This document shows positions 26,487 to 35,227 of a stretch of 35,227 nucleotides of DNA, piece after piece. Each line of letters opens with the position of its first letter. Positions within the stretch are counted from its first letter, which is position 1. The position numbers were made by a program, and so were the translations under genes. Below the pieces are notes generated by a model. The model was given only the letters and a program-made list of their open reading frames with translations. It searched no databases and was not told the DNA's origin. The DNA lies in the sequence record DRR723986_16076, one strand, 5' to 3'.

Positions 26487-28289
26487 ATGAAACTGATTGG
26501 AACACTTTTAGTGCTAATTTCTTTTCAACTCATGGCCTTTTCGCAAGAAATCGACTTTAGTGAAGACGAAAAAGAATGGATTAAAAACCATGACACCGTG
26601 TATTTCGGTTATGATCCAGGATGGAGACCGCTTGAATTTATTAATGAAAAGGGTGAGCACTCAGGCGTAACTGCAGATTATTTGCGAATTATTGAAGAAA
26701 AATCGGGAATTAACTTCGAACCATACCCGAATATTAAGGATTGGGCTGAAGCAGAACAGTTAGCAAAGGACAAGAAAGTCAATTTTTTACCAGCATTGGC
26801 TCAAAATAATAGAAGAGAAGAGTTTCTTGATTTTACAGATGCCTTTTTTTCATATTCGTTTGTCATAGTTTCAGCAAAAGAAGGAGATTTCATAGGAGGC
26901 GTTGGTGATCTTGAAGGAAAAAAAGTTGCAATTGTTGAAGGGTATCAGATAAGTGATTTGTTGAAAGCGGATTCTATTGGTATGAATTTTATTAAAAAGA
27001 ATACCATTAATGATTGCCTCCTAGCCGTTTCAACCGGTGAGGCGGATGCCACCGTTACTAATGTTATTGTTGCAAGTCATTATATGAATTACGGAGGTTA
27101 TGATAACTTGAAAATTGCCTCATCAACACCCTATCCTGCGATAGAAATAAAAATGGGAGTAGTTGAGGGTGATTCAACTTTGATTAGCATCCTTGAGAAG
27201 GGGATGGACGCTATTTTACCAAAAGAAAAAAGCAACATCATGAATAGCTGGATTACAGTTCAGTATGAGCATGGTGTGGATATGAAGAAAGTCTCTAGAA
27301 TTGCTATGATTTCGGCTTCGATAGTTCTGTTCATTTTCGGCTCATTTTATTATTGGAACAGAAAATTAAAGAAAGAGGTAAGTCTAAGAAAAGAAGCAGA
27401 AGAGCAATTAAGGAATTCTTTTGATGAGATTTCAGAACAAAAGAAAATCATTGAGCATAAAAATGAAGAGGTATTGGACAGTATCAAATACGCTAAGCGT
27501 CTACAAGAAGCTATCCTTCCGCCGTTAAACTTAGTGAACCAAAAGTTCGAGAAGAATTTTATTCTCTATAAACCAAAAGATATAGTCGCGGGTGATTTTT
27601 ATTGGCATGAATCGTTTAATTGTGAAGAGGCTGAAAATGAAGTGAACTTCATTGCCGCAGCTGATTGTACAGGACATGGTGTTCCAGGCGCAATGGTGTC
27701 GGTTGTTTGTTCAAATGCCTTGAATCAATCTGTTTTGCAACATAAGTTGTGTGATCCAGGTGCGATTCTCGATAAAACAACAGACCTTGTTGTCGAACGA
27801 TTTGAGAGAAGTGCTGAGGAAGTTAAAGATGGTATGGACATCTCTATGGTTTCAATTGAAAAGTTGAACAATGGCAAATCCAAAGTAAAATATGCAGGAG
27901 CACATAATAATTTATGGGTGGTTTCGGCTAGAGATGGAATTGGCACAGAAGCTATCATTACTGGGAATGAAAATTTTAATCACAAAATTTTTGAAATCAA
28001 AGCCAGCAAACAGCCAGTAGGAAAACATGATAGAAGAGAACCTTTTAAGACAACTGAAATGTTATTGGAGAAGGGGGATAAAATTTATCTTTTCACAGAT
28101 GGCTATGCCGATCAGTTTGGTGGTGAAAACGGTAAAAAGTTTAAAAGCAAAAACTTCAAAGATTTGATCATTAGAACTTATGAAATGAATTTGAACGATC
28201 AAAAACAAGAATTAAATCGAGTTTTTGAAGAGTGGAGTGAGGGATACGAGCAATTAGATGATGTTTGCGTAATAGGAATCGAAATATAA
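26487..28289 (+). CDS. Sensor PP2C phosphatase: periplasmic PBP2 (BvgS-like) domain, TM helix, SpoIIE domain
   Basis: FSEDEKEWIK..DPGWRPLEF..G...D PBP motifs, TM then YWNRKLKKE, GDFY, ADCTGHGVPGA, DGMDI, FTDGYADQFGG, DDVCVIG. Confidence 0.9.
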   Translation: MKLIGTLLVLISFQLMAFSQEIDFSEDEKEWIKNHDTVYFGYDPGWRPLEFINEKGEHSGVTADYLRIIEEKSGINFEPYPNIKDWAEAEQLAKDKKVNFLPALAQNNRREEFLDFTDAFFSYSFVIVSAKEGDFIGGVGDLEGKKVAIVEGYQISDLLKADSIGMNFIKKNTINDCLLAVSTGEADATVTNVIVASHYMNYGGYDNLKIASSTPYPAIEIKMGVVEGDSTLISILEKGMDAILPKEKSNIMNSWITVQYEHGVDMKKVSRIAMISASIVLFIFGSFYYWNRKLKKEVSLRKEAEEQLRNSFDEISEQKKIIEHKNEEVLDSIKYAKRLQEAILPPLNLVNQKFEKNFILYKPKDIVAGDFYWHESFNCEEAENEVNFIAAADCTGHGVPGAMVSVVCSNALNQSVLQHKLCDPGAILDKTTDLVVERFERSAEEVKDGMDISMVSIEKLNNGKSKVKYAGAHNNLWVVSARDGIGTEAIITGNENFNHKIFEIKASKQPVGKHDRREPFKTTEMLLEKGDKIYLFTDGYADQFGGENGKKFKSKNFKDLIIRTYEMNLNDQKQELNRVFEEWSEGYEQLDDVCVIGIEI

Positions 28290-28348
28290 AATTCTCTTAA
28301 CCTGAAGCGCTAAATATTCACTATTTTTGTGTTTCAGTTTAATATCCT

Positions 28349-29863
28349 ATGAAGCATTTATTCTTAAGCATTTCAGCGATTATTTTATTAACCTCATGTG
28401 GTTCTGAGCAATCCGAAGAATCAAATACAAATACTGACCTAGATTCAGTGCAGGTAGAAGAAATTGAAGTAGATACAACTCCTTTATTTGAGTCTATTAC
28501 AACTGAGTTTAACGAAACAGATTTAAAACTTCCTGAAGGGTTCAGTTATAAAGTGCTGTTTTCAGAATCTAGAGATCTTGTTACTAGAGCTGACGGAGAA
28601 AAGTTTCCTGCAAAAGGCAAACATGATTTATCAGTGTTTATTCCAGATGATGAACTTCCTGAAACAAAAGGAATCCTTTATATCTCACATGAAACTAGTG
28701 AGGCGCATCCTGACCTAGGAGATGGAGGAGGTGCAACCGTTTTTGATCTTGAATTAACTGAGAATGGATGGGAAGTGACAAGTGAATTCCATCACATTGA
28801 TTTTAGTTCAGTAGGGTTTACTGATCGGAATTGCGGTGGATCATTAGCGCCCAATGGTAATGTCCTAACGTGCGAAGAAACTTGGGGATACAACAATGAA
28901 TATTTCACCAAGAAGGGATTGAAAGATCGAGATTTTGGAAATGGTAGACCAATGTGGCAGAATATGGGCTATGTAGTTGAAGTTGATCCAAGAGAAAGAA
29001 AAGTCGTGAAAAGACACATGAGCATGGGTAAATTGGTGCATGAAGATGTTCACGTAACACCAGATGGAATGACTGCTTATATTACAGATGATTACAGTCC
29101 AGGTGTATTTATGAAATTAGAGATGACTGAAGCCAATAATTTTAGTTCTGGTCAATTATCAGCATACAAACAATCTGAAGATGGTGAGTCTGGAGAATGG
29201 TTAGCAATCCCAATGGATACGACTTCTTTAGTGAATTGTAGAAAGATAGCGGTAGAGATGGGTGCTACATTGATTATTAGACACGAATGGCTTGAAGAGA
29301 TTGATGGAGATTTATACATCTGTGAAACTGGTGAAGATTATTTCAATTGGGATCAGTCTATTGCTTTGGGTGGAACAGTTCCGAATTGGGTGAAAGATGG
29401 TTTAATCAATGAAGAAGGGAAATATGATGATGTCTACGGAAGGATATTAAAATTTGACCCAGAAACAAATAAAATGTCGTCTTACCTTGAAGGAGGTGTT
29501 TTTTCTGATTCTAGTGGCGTATTTTCAAATCCTGATTGCAACACTTCTGTCAGCTTTAACGGTAAAACTTATTTAGTAATGAGTGAGGATATTAACTGGT
29601 GTGATAGAGGCAGAGTGAGTAAAGAAGCAGAAATTGCGAAAGCATTTTATAATGAAGTTTATTTTTTAGATATGTCCATTGAAAATCCTACAGTGGATGA
29701 TCTATTAAGGTTTGCAGTAGCACCAGTTGGTGCAGAAACTACAGGGGTTATTTTCCTACCCAATGGGGATATGATCATGAATGTTCAACATCCAAAAGCT
29801 TCTAATCCGGCGCCTTTTAATAAATCATGTACAGTTTTGATTGAGGGATTCCGTAAGTCTTAA
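28349..29863 (+). CDS. phoX: PhoX-family alkaline phosphatase (DUF839), lipoprotein
   Basis: NCGG..TCEE, HE, NPD, SED, AETTG and NVQHP motifs; lipobox LTS-C. TATTTTTG box at 28322-28329. Confidence 0.82.
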   Translation: MKHLFLSISAIILLTSCGSEQSEESNTNTDLDSVQVEEIEVDTTPLFESITTEFNETDLKLPEGFSYKVLFSESRDLVTRADGEKFPAKGKHDLSVFIPDDELPETKGILYISHETSEAHPDLGDGGGATVFDLELTENGWEVTSEFHHIDFSSVGFTDRNCGGSLAPNGNVLTCEETWGYNNEYFTKKGLKDRDFGNGRPMWQNMGYVVEVDPRERKVVKRHMSMGKLVHEDVHVTPDGMTAYITDDYSPGVFMKLEMTEANNFSSGQLSAYKQSEDGESGEWLAIPMDTTSLVNCRKIAVEMGATLIIRHEWLEEIDGDLYICETGEDYFNWDQSIALGGTVPNWVKDGLINEEGKYDDVYGRILKFDPETNKMSSYLEGGVFSDSSGVFSNPDCNTSVSFNGKTYLVMSEDINWCDRGRVSKEAEIAKAFYNEVYFLDMSIENPTVDDLLRFAVAPVGAETTGVIFLPNGDMIMNVQHPKASNPAPFNKSCTVLIEGFRKS

Positions 29864-29869
29864 GCAAGT

Positions 29870-30820
29870 ATGACATTTTTAGAAATACAAAATGTATCAA
29901 TCGCCTATGACTCGAAAACCGTTGTTAAAAATGTGGATTTCACCGTTGAAAGAGGTGAGATAATTGTACTTCTAGGTGCTTCTGGAGATGGAAAAACATC
30001 TTTGTTAAAAGGAATTGGAGGATTTCTTCCCTTAAAAACCGGTAAAATTTATTTGGAAGGTAATGGGCTAAAAGATGCGTCCGAAAAACTTATCCCAGGA
30101 CATGAGAAAATTAGATTGGTGAATCAAGACTTTAATCTGGATGAGCATCACACAGTTGAAGAAAACATCCGATTAAAGCTATTAGCTTTCAACAAGGAAT
30201 ACCAGTTGGCAAGGATCAAAACACTGTTAAACCTGACTGGATTGAATGAGGTTAAAGATCAAAAAGCTATTTTATTGTCTGGCGGACAGAAGCAACGTTT
30301 AGCAATTGCTCGAGCCTTGGCAGATGAACCTGAAGTTTTGCTGTTAGATGAGCCCTTTAACCAATTAGATTTTCAAACTAAATCCAGAATTTCAAAACAC
30401 ATAAAGGCTTATTTGAAAGAACATGAGATTGCAGCAATTATGGTAACCCATAACGGTGTTGAGGCAATTGAATGGGGTGATAAAGTGGTGTATTTGCAGA
30501 AGGGTAAAGTAAAACGGATGGATACACCCATGAATTTTTTTGAGAAACCCGAGAGTCTAATAGAGGCCAGCTTTTTCGGAAAAGTAAATTGCCTGGACTT
30601 GGATGGCAAAAAGCATTATTTCAGACCGAGTTTTTTTTCGGACACTACTTCAAGACTATTTAATCAAAAAATTAGAGCAAACTGTGTTTCAATAGAATTT
30701 TTGGGATGGTATTCGGCTTACACCTTTTTTTATGAAGGACAATGCTTTGAGCTATACTCTACACACGACATTTCAGAGTTGAAAGAAATTTATTTGAAAA
30801 CATTTCAATTAAATGCTTAA
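29870..30820 (+). CDS. ABC transporter ATP-binding protein with no adjacent permease
   Basis: GASGDGKT, LSGGQKQR, LLLDEPF, VTH motifs. Confidence 0.88.
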   Translation: MTFLEIQNVSIAYDSKTVVKNVDFTVERGEIIVLLGASGDGKTSLLKGIGGFLPLKTGKIYLEGNGLKDASEKLIPGHEKIRLVNQDFNLDEHHTVEENIRLKLLAFNKEYQLARIKTLLNLTGLNEVKDQKAILLSGGQKQRLAIARALADEPEVLLLDEPFNQLDFQTKSRISKHIKAYLKEHEIAAIMVTHNGVEAIEWGDKVVYLQKGKVKRMDTPMNFFEKPESLIEASFFGKVNCLDLDGKKHYFRPSFFSDTTSRLFNQKIRANCVSIEFLGWYSAYTFFYEGQCFELYSTHDISELKEIYLKTFQLNA

Positions 30821-30838
30821 AAAATCATCTTTTTGTTT

Positions 30839-30862
30839 TATATTTGACTAATTATTAATCAA
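30839..30862 (+). promoter_or_regulatory. -7 box overlapped by a palindromic operator candidate
   Basis: TATATTTG at 30839-30846; TTGACTAAT-T-ATTAATCAA at 30844-30862 (8/9 pairs). Confidence 0.55.
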
Positions 30863-30890
30863 TTTGAACTTTGGTAGAGGGCTAATTTGA

Positions 30891-31703
30891 TTGAACATGA
30901 TTGGAGATAATCTAAAATTATTGAGAAAAAGACGAAAAGTTTCTCAAGAAGAAATTGCACAAGAGTTGGGTTTAACCCGTTCGTCTTATAGTGGCTATGA
31001 AAATGGAGTTGCTGAACCAAATCTCTCAACTTTAATAAAATTCAGTGCTTATTATAATTTGTCTTTAGATAAACTAATCAAGCGCGACTTGACTAAGATT
31101 TCTGAGCTCGAATGGGATAAAATCGATAAAGGAATTGATGTTGATGTAGAAGGAAAGAATGTGCGAATCATTGCAATGACGGTAGATGGTGACAATAATG
31201 ATAATATCGAATTGGTTTCTGAAAAAGCACGTGCAGGATATACTACTGGATTTTCTGATCCAGAGTTCATTTCGGTGTTACCTACCTTTCAATTGCCCTT
31301 TCTAAAGAAAGATCGTAAATACAGAACTTTTCCAATCAAAGGAGATTCTATGCCTCCTGTTTCAGATGGATCTTATGTAGTTGGTGAATACGTAGACAAT
31401 TGGAGCAATATTAAAGATGGATATCCGCATATTGTTGTGACCTTAGATGATGGAATCGTTTTCAAGAATGTCTATAAACGCCTATCTGACAACCAGTCTT
31501 TTCAGCTTTGCAGTACCAATCCAGCTTACGAACCCTATGAAGTTCATGCGAACAATATCGTAGAGATTTGGAAATTCGTCAACTATATTTCTAGCGATAT
31601 GCCTACACAAGAATTTCAAGAAAGCGAATTAACCGCAGCAATTTTAGACCTTCAAAAAGATGTTAAGCATCTTAAGAATGTTTACGTGCCGAGAAAATCA
31701 TAA
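30891..31703 (+). CDS. XRE/CI-type HTH plus S24 peptidase repressor (non-canonical LexA-like)
   Basis: NLKLLRK..SQEEIA..YSGYENG.AEP HTH; Ala-Gly site ARAGY; catalytic Ser GDSM and Lys VFK. Alternative start ATG 30897. Confidence 0.88.
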   Translation: MNMIGDNLKLLRKRRKVSQEEIAQELGLTRSSYSGYENGVAEPNLSTLIKFSAYYNLSLDKLIKRDLTKISELEWDKIDKGIDVDVEGKNVRIIAMTVDGDNNDNIELVSEKARAGYTTGFSDPEFISVLPTFQLPFLKKDRKYRTFPIKGDSMPPVSDGSYVVGEYVDNWSNIKDGYPHIVVTLDDGIVFKNVYKRLSDNQSFQLCSTNPAYEPYEVHANNIVEIWKFVNYISSDMPTQEFQESELTAAILDLQKDVKHLKNVYVPRKS

Positions 31704-31766
31704 TTAAATAACAGAAATCCAGGTATAAGTATTTCAGGTTTTGATAAATCTGATATCTTTAAGACT

Positions 31767-34700
31767 ATGTTCAGGATACTCTGTTTCTTGTCTTTATTAA
31801 ATTTTGTAGTTTTCGGATATGCTCAATCTGAGAAACTAGCGAATTTCAAACATTTTAAGTGTTCTGATTTCGGAGTAGATAAGTTGATTTATCAAAATTG
31901 GGATTCAGATGGAAATTTTTGGGCGGTATCATCAGAAGGATTGCTAAGACACAATGGCGTAAGAAAAAAAATATTCCCTTATGATTCTACGGCAACTGAA
32001 TCTATTTATTTGGTGAGCCCTAACATTCAAAACTTCATGGAAACCAAAACAGATGAATTTTGGATAACATACTCCGATACCAACTTAATCACCCAGATTA
32101 ATGCTCAAACAGAGAGATTCATTCATCATAGAATTGACAGTTTAAATACCAACGGAGAGTTGACTGCCCTTGGCGTTGAAGTTGAATTAGATAAAAATGG
32201 GGATTATTGGCTAGTAACATGGAACAAAGGTTTGATGAAACTAGACTTGGAAAGCGAAACCCAAGAGATTTTTGAATTCGGTTTTAAAGATGGTGAAAAC
32301 CCACGCAAATGTAGAATGAAGGACCTTTATCAGTTGGAATCTGGAGAGTTTTTGGTCACCTTCTTTAATGAAGCAGCGCGTAAAAAAAGTTTTCCGGTCA
32401 TTTTTAATCCCGATACCAAAAACTATTCAAGACTAGATATTGAATCATATATCAGCCATCATGATGAATTATTGAGAAAGCAAATAAAAGTGGCTATATC
32501 AATTGTCCATTTTGTAAAGGTAGATATGAATGGCAATTATTGGTTTGGGACATACAGTGGTCTACTTTTTATGGACAACGAAAAACACACCTTAGAAAGA
32601 GTAAGTACTCAAGGAGTTGATAAAGCCGTTCAAAATCAGGCCAATGCTGGAAGTGGAATATTAATCGGAGATGAATTATGGGTAGCAACTCCTAATCTCG
32701 GAGTTCTTGTAGTCAATATTAATACGCGCCAAATAACAGTTTTAAAAAATAACCCAAAAAACACAAGTAGTCTGACGGATAATCAAGTGAGCAGTGTTTC
32801 AGTGGACCCACAAAATAACATTTGGGTATGTAATGGCCCATCTAACTTAAGCGTTTACGTACCCTTTGTTCACAATTTCAAAATAATGTATTGGAGTGAT
32901 ATGGAGCTAGCCTTTACCAACAGTTCTGTGCAAAAAATACCAGTTAGTCAAATTGTAGTTAAGAATTCACGTCAAATTTATATTGGTTCAAAACCGGGTA
33001 TTGACGTTTATGACGGAAATAGTCTAAAAGTCACTGAAAGTTATCACTTTGAAAGTTTTGAAGGTGACTATAAAAAGCGAAGGGGGGTTGAGAATTTTAA
33101 AGTGACGAAAGATAAAATTTATTTAACTCTAGATGGAAAGCCTCATACCTATAATCTAAAGACAAAAAAACTACAAAAACATATGCAAGGAGGTAGGTAT
33201 ATTGCTTTTAGACATGATTCTTCTATGACTGATTACTACTCTCAGTCGCCTACTTGGTATGGTGCTAGTATTTGGGATATGAAAGATCCCAATAATACCA
33301 GAGAAATGATTCGGTTTCCAAAAGGTATCGATATCAATGAAACCTTTTCGTTTGTTACTCCAAAAGGAAATTGGATCAATTCTGAGGCAAAAGGTCGATT
33401 TTTATTGATTAAACCAAATGATTCTATTTACCATTTGTTCAGCCCATCTCAATCAGAAAGTTATTTTCCGGACAGTACTGTTAAATGTGTTTATGTTGAA
33501 AAGGGGAGAGACATACTCATTGGTACGGGTTCTGGTCTGTACGAATTTAATGAAGAGACTTGGGAGTATAATAACATCTCTGAAGATATTGGATTGAATA
33601 ATGATGTGGTGAATTCAATTGTTAAGGATGAAACTGGGAGGTATTGGATGGCATTGAACACGGACATATTGTGTTGGAACAGAGAAGAGAATACAACCAC
33701 AAGATATGGAGCAAAGGTGGGATTCAATGCATCTAAATTTTTACCCGCTATAGGACAAAGAGATGAGTTGGGAAATATATATTTCGTATCCATGTTCGGA
33801 ATAATCAGATTTCACCCGGACCAAGTTAAGTTACCACGGCATCCAATTTTTGTTCAACTTGATCAGCTTACTGTTAATGATGAATCTGTAAATGAAAAAG
33901 ATTTAGCTGAATTTCTAAAAGGAGGTTTTGAATTCAAATACGATCAAAATTTCCTAGAATTTGAATTTTTTACGAATCAGGTATTCGAATTAACCCCCCA
34001 TCAATACGAGTATAAATTAGAAGGCCTAAATAGTCAATGGATTGATAATGGTGCAAACAATAGTGTCAGATTTGACAATTTGCAGGATGGTGACTATATC
34101 TTAAAATTTAAGGTAACGAACGCTTACGGAACCAGCAGCGAGGTGTTTGAAGTGCCATTTACAATTGCAAAACCGTTTTGGCAAACATGGTGGTTTATTA
34201 TGTTGATTTCACTTTGTGGAATAGGCTTGATTTACCTCCTGGTCAAAGGAAGAATGAAGGCTTTGAAAAAACGTTCAGAGTTATTAGAACAAACCGTAAC
34301 TGAAAGAACTGCAGAAGTTGTTGAACAAAAGAAAGAGGCTGAGAAACAAAAGGAAGAAGCAGAGCATCAGAAAGAAATTGTTGAAGAAAAGCAAAAAGAA
34401 ATTACAGACAGTATTACTTATGCGAAAAGAATTCAAGATGCCATTCTGCCTTCTGATGAATTGATTCAGCATCATCTTCCGAATTCTTTTGTGATGTATC
34501 GTCCAAAGGATATTGTTGCGGGAGATTTTTATTGGTTGGAACCTTTGTCAGATGACGAAGTGGTATTTGCAGCAGCTGATTGCACAGGGCATGGTGTTCC
34601 TGGAGCAATGGTAAGTGTGGTTTGTAACAATGCTTTGAATAGAACAGTACGCGAGTTTGGAATAAGTGAACCCGGAAAATTGCTTGATAAAACAAGGGAT

Positions 34701-35168
34701 TTGGTGATAGAACAATTTGAGCAAAGCGCCAATCTTAGCTTGGATTCTGAAGGTCAAACAATCAAAGATGGTATGGATATCGCCGTCTGCAAATTGAATA
34801 AGAAGTCACAAGTCCTTCATTATTCAGGAGCAAATAACCCTCTATGGATTATCCGAGACAACGAACTGATAGAAACAAAAGGAGATAAACAGCCAGTTGG
34901 AAAATTTGAACCTTCTAATAAATTCACCAATCACGAAATAGAAATGAATTCGGGTGATTTGGTTTATATTTTTTCTGATGGATATGCGGATCAGTTTGGT
35001 GGGGAGAAAGGAAAAAAATTCAAATCATCTTCATTGAAAAAACTACTATTAAGTATACATCAACTTCCATTGTCAGAGCAATTAGCAGCACTAGAAACTA
35101 ATTTTGATCAGTGGAAAGGAACCTTTGAGCAATTAGATGATGTTTGCGTGATAGGATTTAAAATATAA
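31767..35168 (+). CDS. Sensor PP2C phosphatase: two-component-regulator propeller, Y_Y_Y domain, TM helix, coiled coil, SpoIIE domain
   Basis: Repeated D..G.YW propeller blades, YEYKLEGL..W..F.NL..G.Y, KPFWQTWWF TM, E/K-rich coil, GDFY, ADCTGHG, FSDG, DDVC. Confidence 0.9.
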   Translation: MFRILCFLSLLNFVVFGYAQSEKLANFKHFKCSDFGVDKLIYQNWDSDGNFWAVSSEGLLRHNGVRKKIFPYDSTATESIYLVSPNIQNFMETKTDEFWITYSDTNLITQINAQTERFIHHRIDSLNTNGELTALGVEVELDKNGDYWLVTWNKGLMKLDLESETQEIFEFGFKDGENPRKCRMKDLYQLESGEFLVTFFNEAARKKSFPVIFNPDTKNYSRLDIESYISHHDELLRKQIKVAISIVHFVKVDMNGNYWFGTYSGLLFMDNEKHTLERVSTQGVDKAVQNQANAGSGILIGDELWVATPNLGVLVVNINTRQITVLKNNPKNTSSLTDNQVSSVSVDPQNNIWVCNGPSNLSVYVPFVHNFKIMYWSDMELAFTNSSVQKIPVSQIVVKNSRQIYIGSKPGIDVYDGNSLKVTESYHFESFEGDYKKRRGVENFKVTKDKIYLTLDGKPHTYNLKTKKLQKHMQGGRYIAFRHDSSMTDYYSQSPTWYGASIWDMKDPNNTREMIRFPKGIDINETFSFVTPKGNWINSEAKGRFLLIKPNDSIYHLFSPSQSESYFPDSTVKCVYVEKGRDILIGTGSGLYEFNEETWEYNNISEDIGLNNDVVNSIVKDETGRYWMALNTDILCWNREENTTTRYGAKVGFNASKFLPAIGQRDELGNIYFVSMFGIIRFHPDQVKLPRHPIFVQLDQLTVNDESVNEKDLAEFLKGGFEFKYDQNFLEFEFFTNQVFELTPHQYEYKLEGLNSQWIDNGANNSVRFDNLQDGDYILKFKVTNAYGTSSEVFEVPFTIAKPFWQTWWFIMLISLCGIGLIYLLVKGRMKALKKRSELLEQTVTERTAEVVEQKKEAEKQKEEAEHQKEIVEEKQKEITDSITYAKRIQDAILPSDELIQHHLPNSFVMYRPKDIVAGDFYWLEPLSDDEVVFAAADCTGHGVPGAMVSVVCNNALNRTVREFGISEPGKLLDKTRDLVIEQFEQSANLSLDSEGQTIKDGMDIAVCKLNKKSQVLHYSGANNPLWIIRDNELIETKGDKQPVGKFEPSNKFTNHEIEMNSGDLVYIFSDGYADQFGGEKGKKFKSSSLKKLLLSIHQLPLSEQLAALETNFDQWKGTFEQLDDVCVIGFKI

Positions 35169-35190
35169 ATTTGAAATTCCTATCTAAGCA

Positions 35191-35227
35191 GTTTATCCTG
35201 ACCTCGTGCGCTAAAGCTACAGAGGCG
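35191..35227. repeat. Possible REP-like imperfect palindrome, truncated by window edge
   Basis: GC-rich patch CCTC..GCT-AA-AGC..GAGG after the last stop codon. Confidence 0.25.

Noticed and set aside
30891-31703. CI-like repressor as a prophage remnant
   Set aside because: No phage genes or divergent cro gene; flanked by host signalling and transport genes.
34305-34400. A/G-rich repetitive stretch
   Set aside because: Encodes the E/K/Q coiled coil of the sensor phosphatase.
1973-34757. Remaining 60-103 aa ORFs in the track
   Set aside because: All overlap well-supported genes in other frames or on the opposite strand and show no motifs.

Overview
AT-rich Bacteroidota chromosomal segment, inferred to be Flavobacteriales from TAnnTTTG sigma-A promoters, no obvious SD motifs and T9SS C-terminal domains. 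It holds about 28 intact CDS and the 5' half of a tRNA at the left edge. Core genes: aroK, hisS, hutH, plsC-like, priA, radC, wecB, a BtuFCD-like ABC importer, mdh, phoX. Accessory and regulatory genes: two T9SS cargo proteins, an XRE/S24 non-canonical LexA-like repressor and two sensor-PP2C (SpoIIE) phosphatases. I saw no mobile element, prophage or CRISPR. The most interesting module is an ECF sigma factor (24639-25205) followed by a putative inner-membrane anti-sigma factor. That protein has a duplicated cytoplasmic motif, one TM helix, a ~115-aa Asn-rich linker, two PKD domains and a T9SS type-B sorting domain. An ECF-type promoter (AAC-N16/17-CGT) lies upstream of the sigma gene, of a large type-B-CTD T9SS cargo gene and of a lipoprotein gene. 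Together these suggest a T9SS-coupled trans-envelope signalling circuit, which is a hypothesis only. All family calls come from motif recognition by eye; no database search was run.
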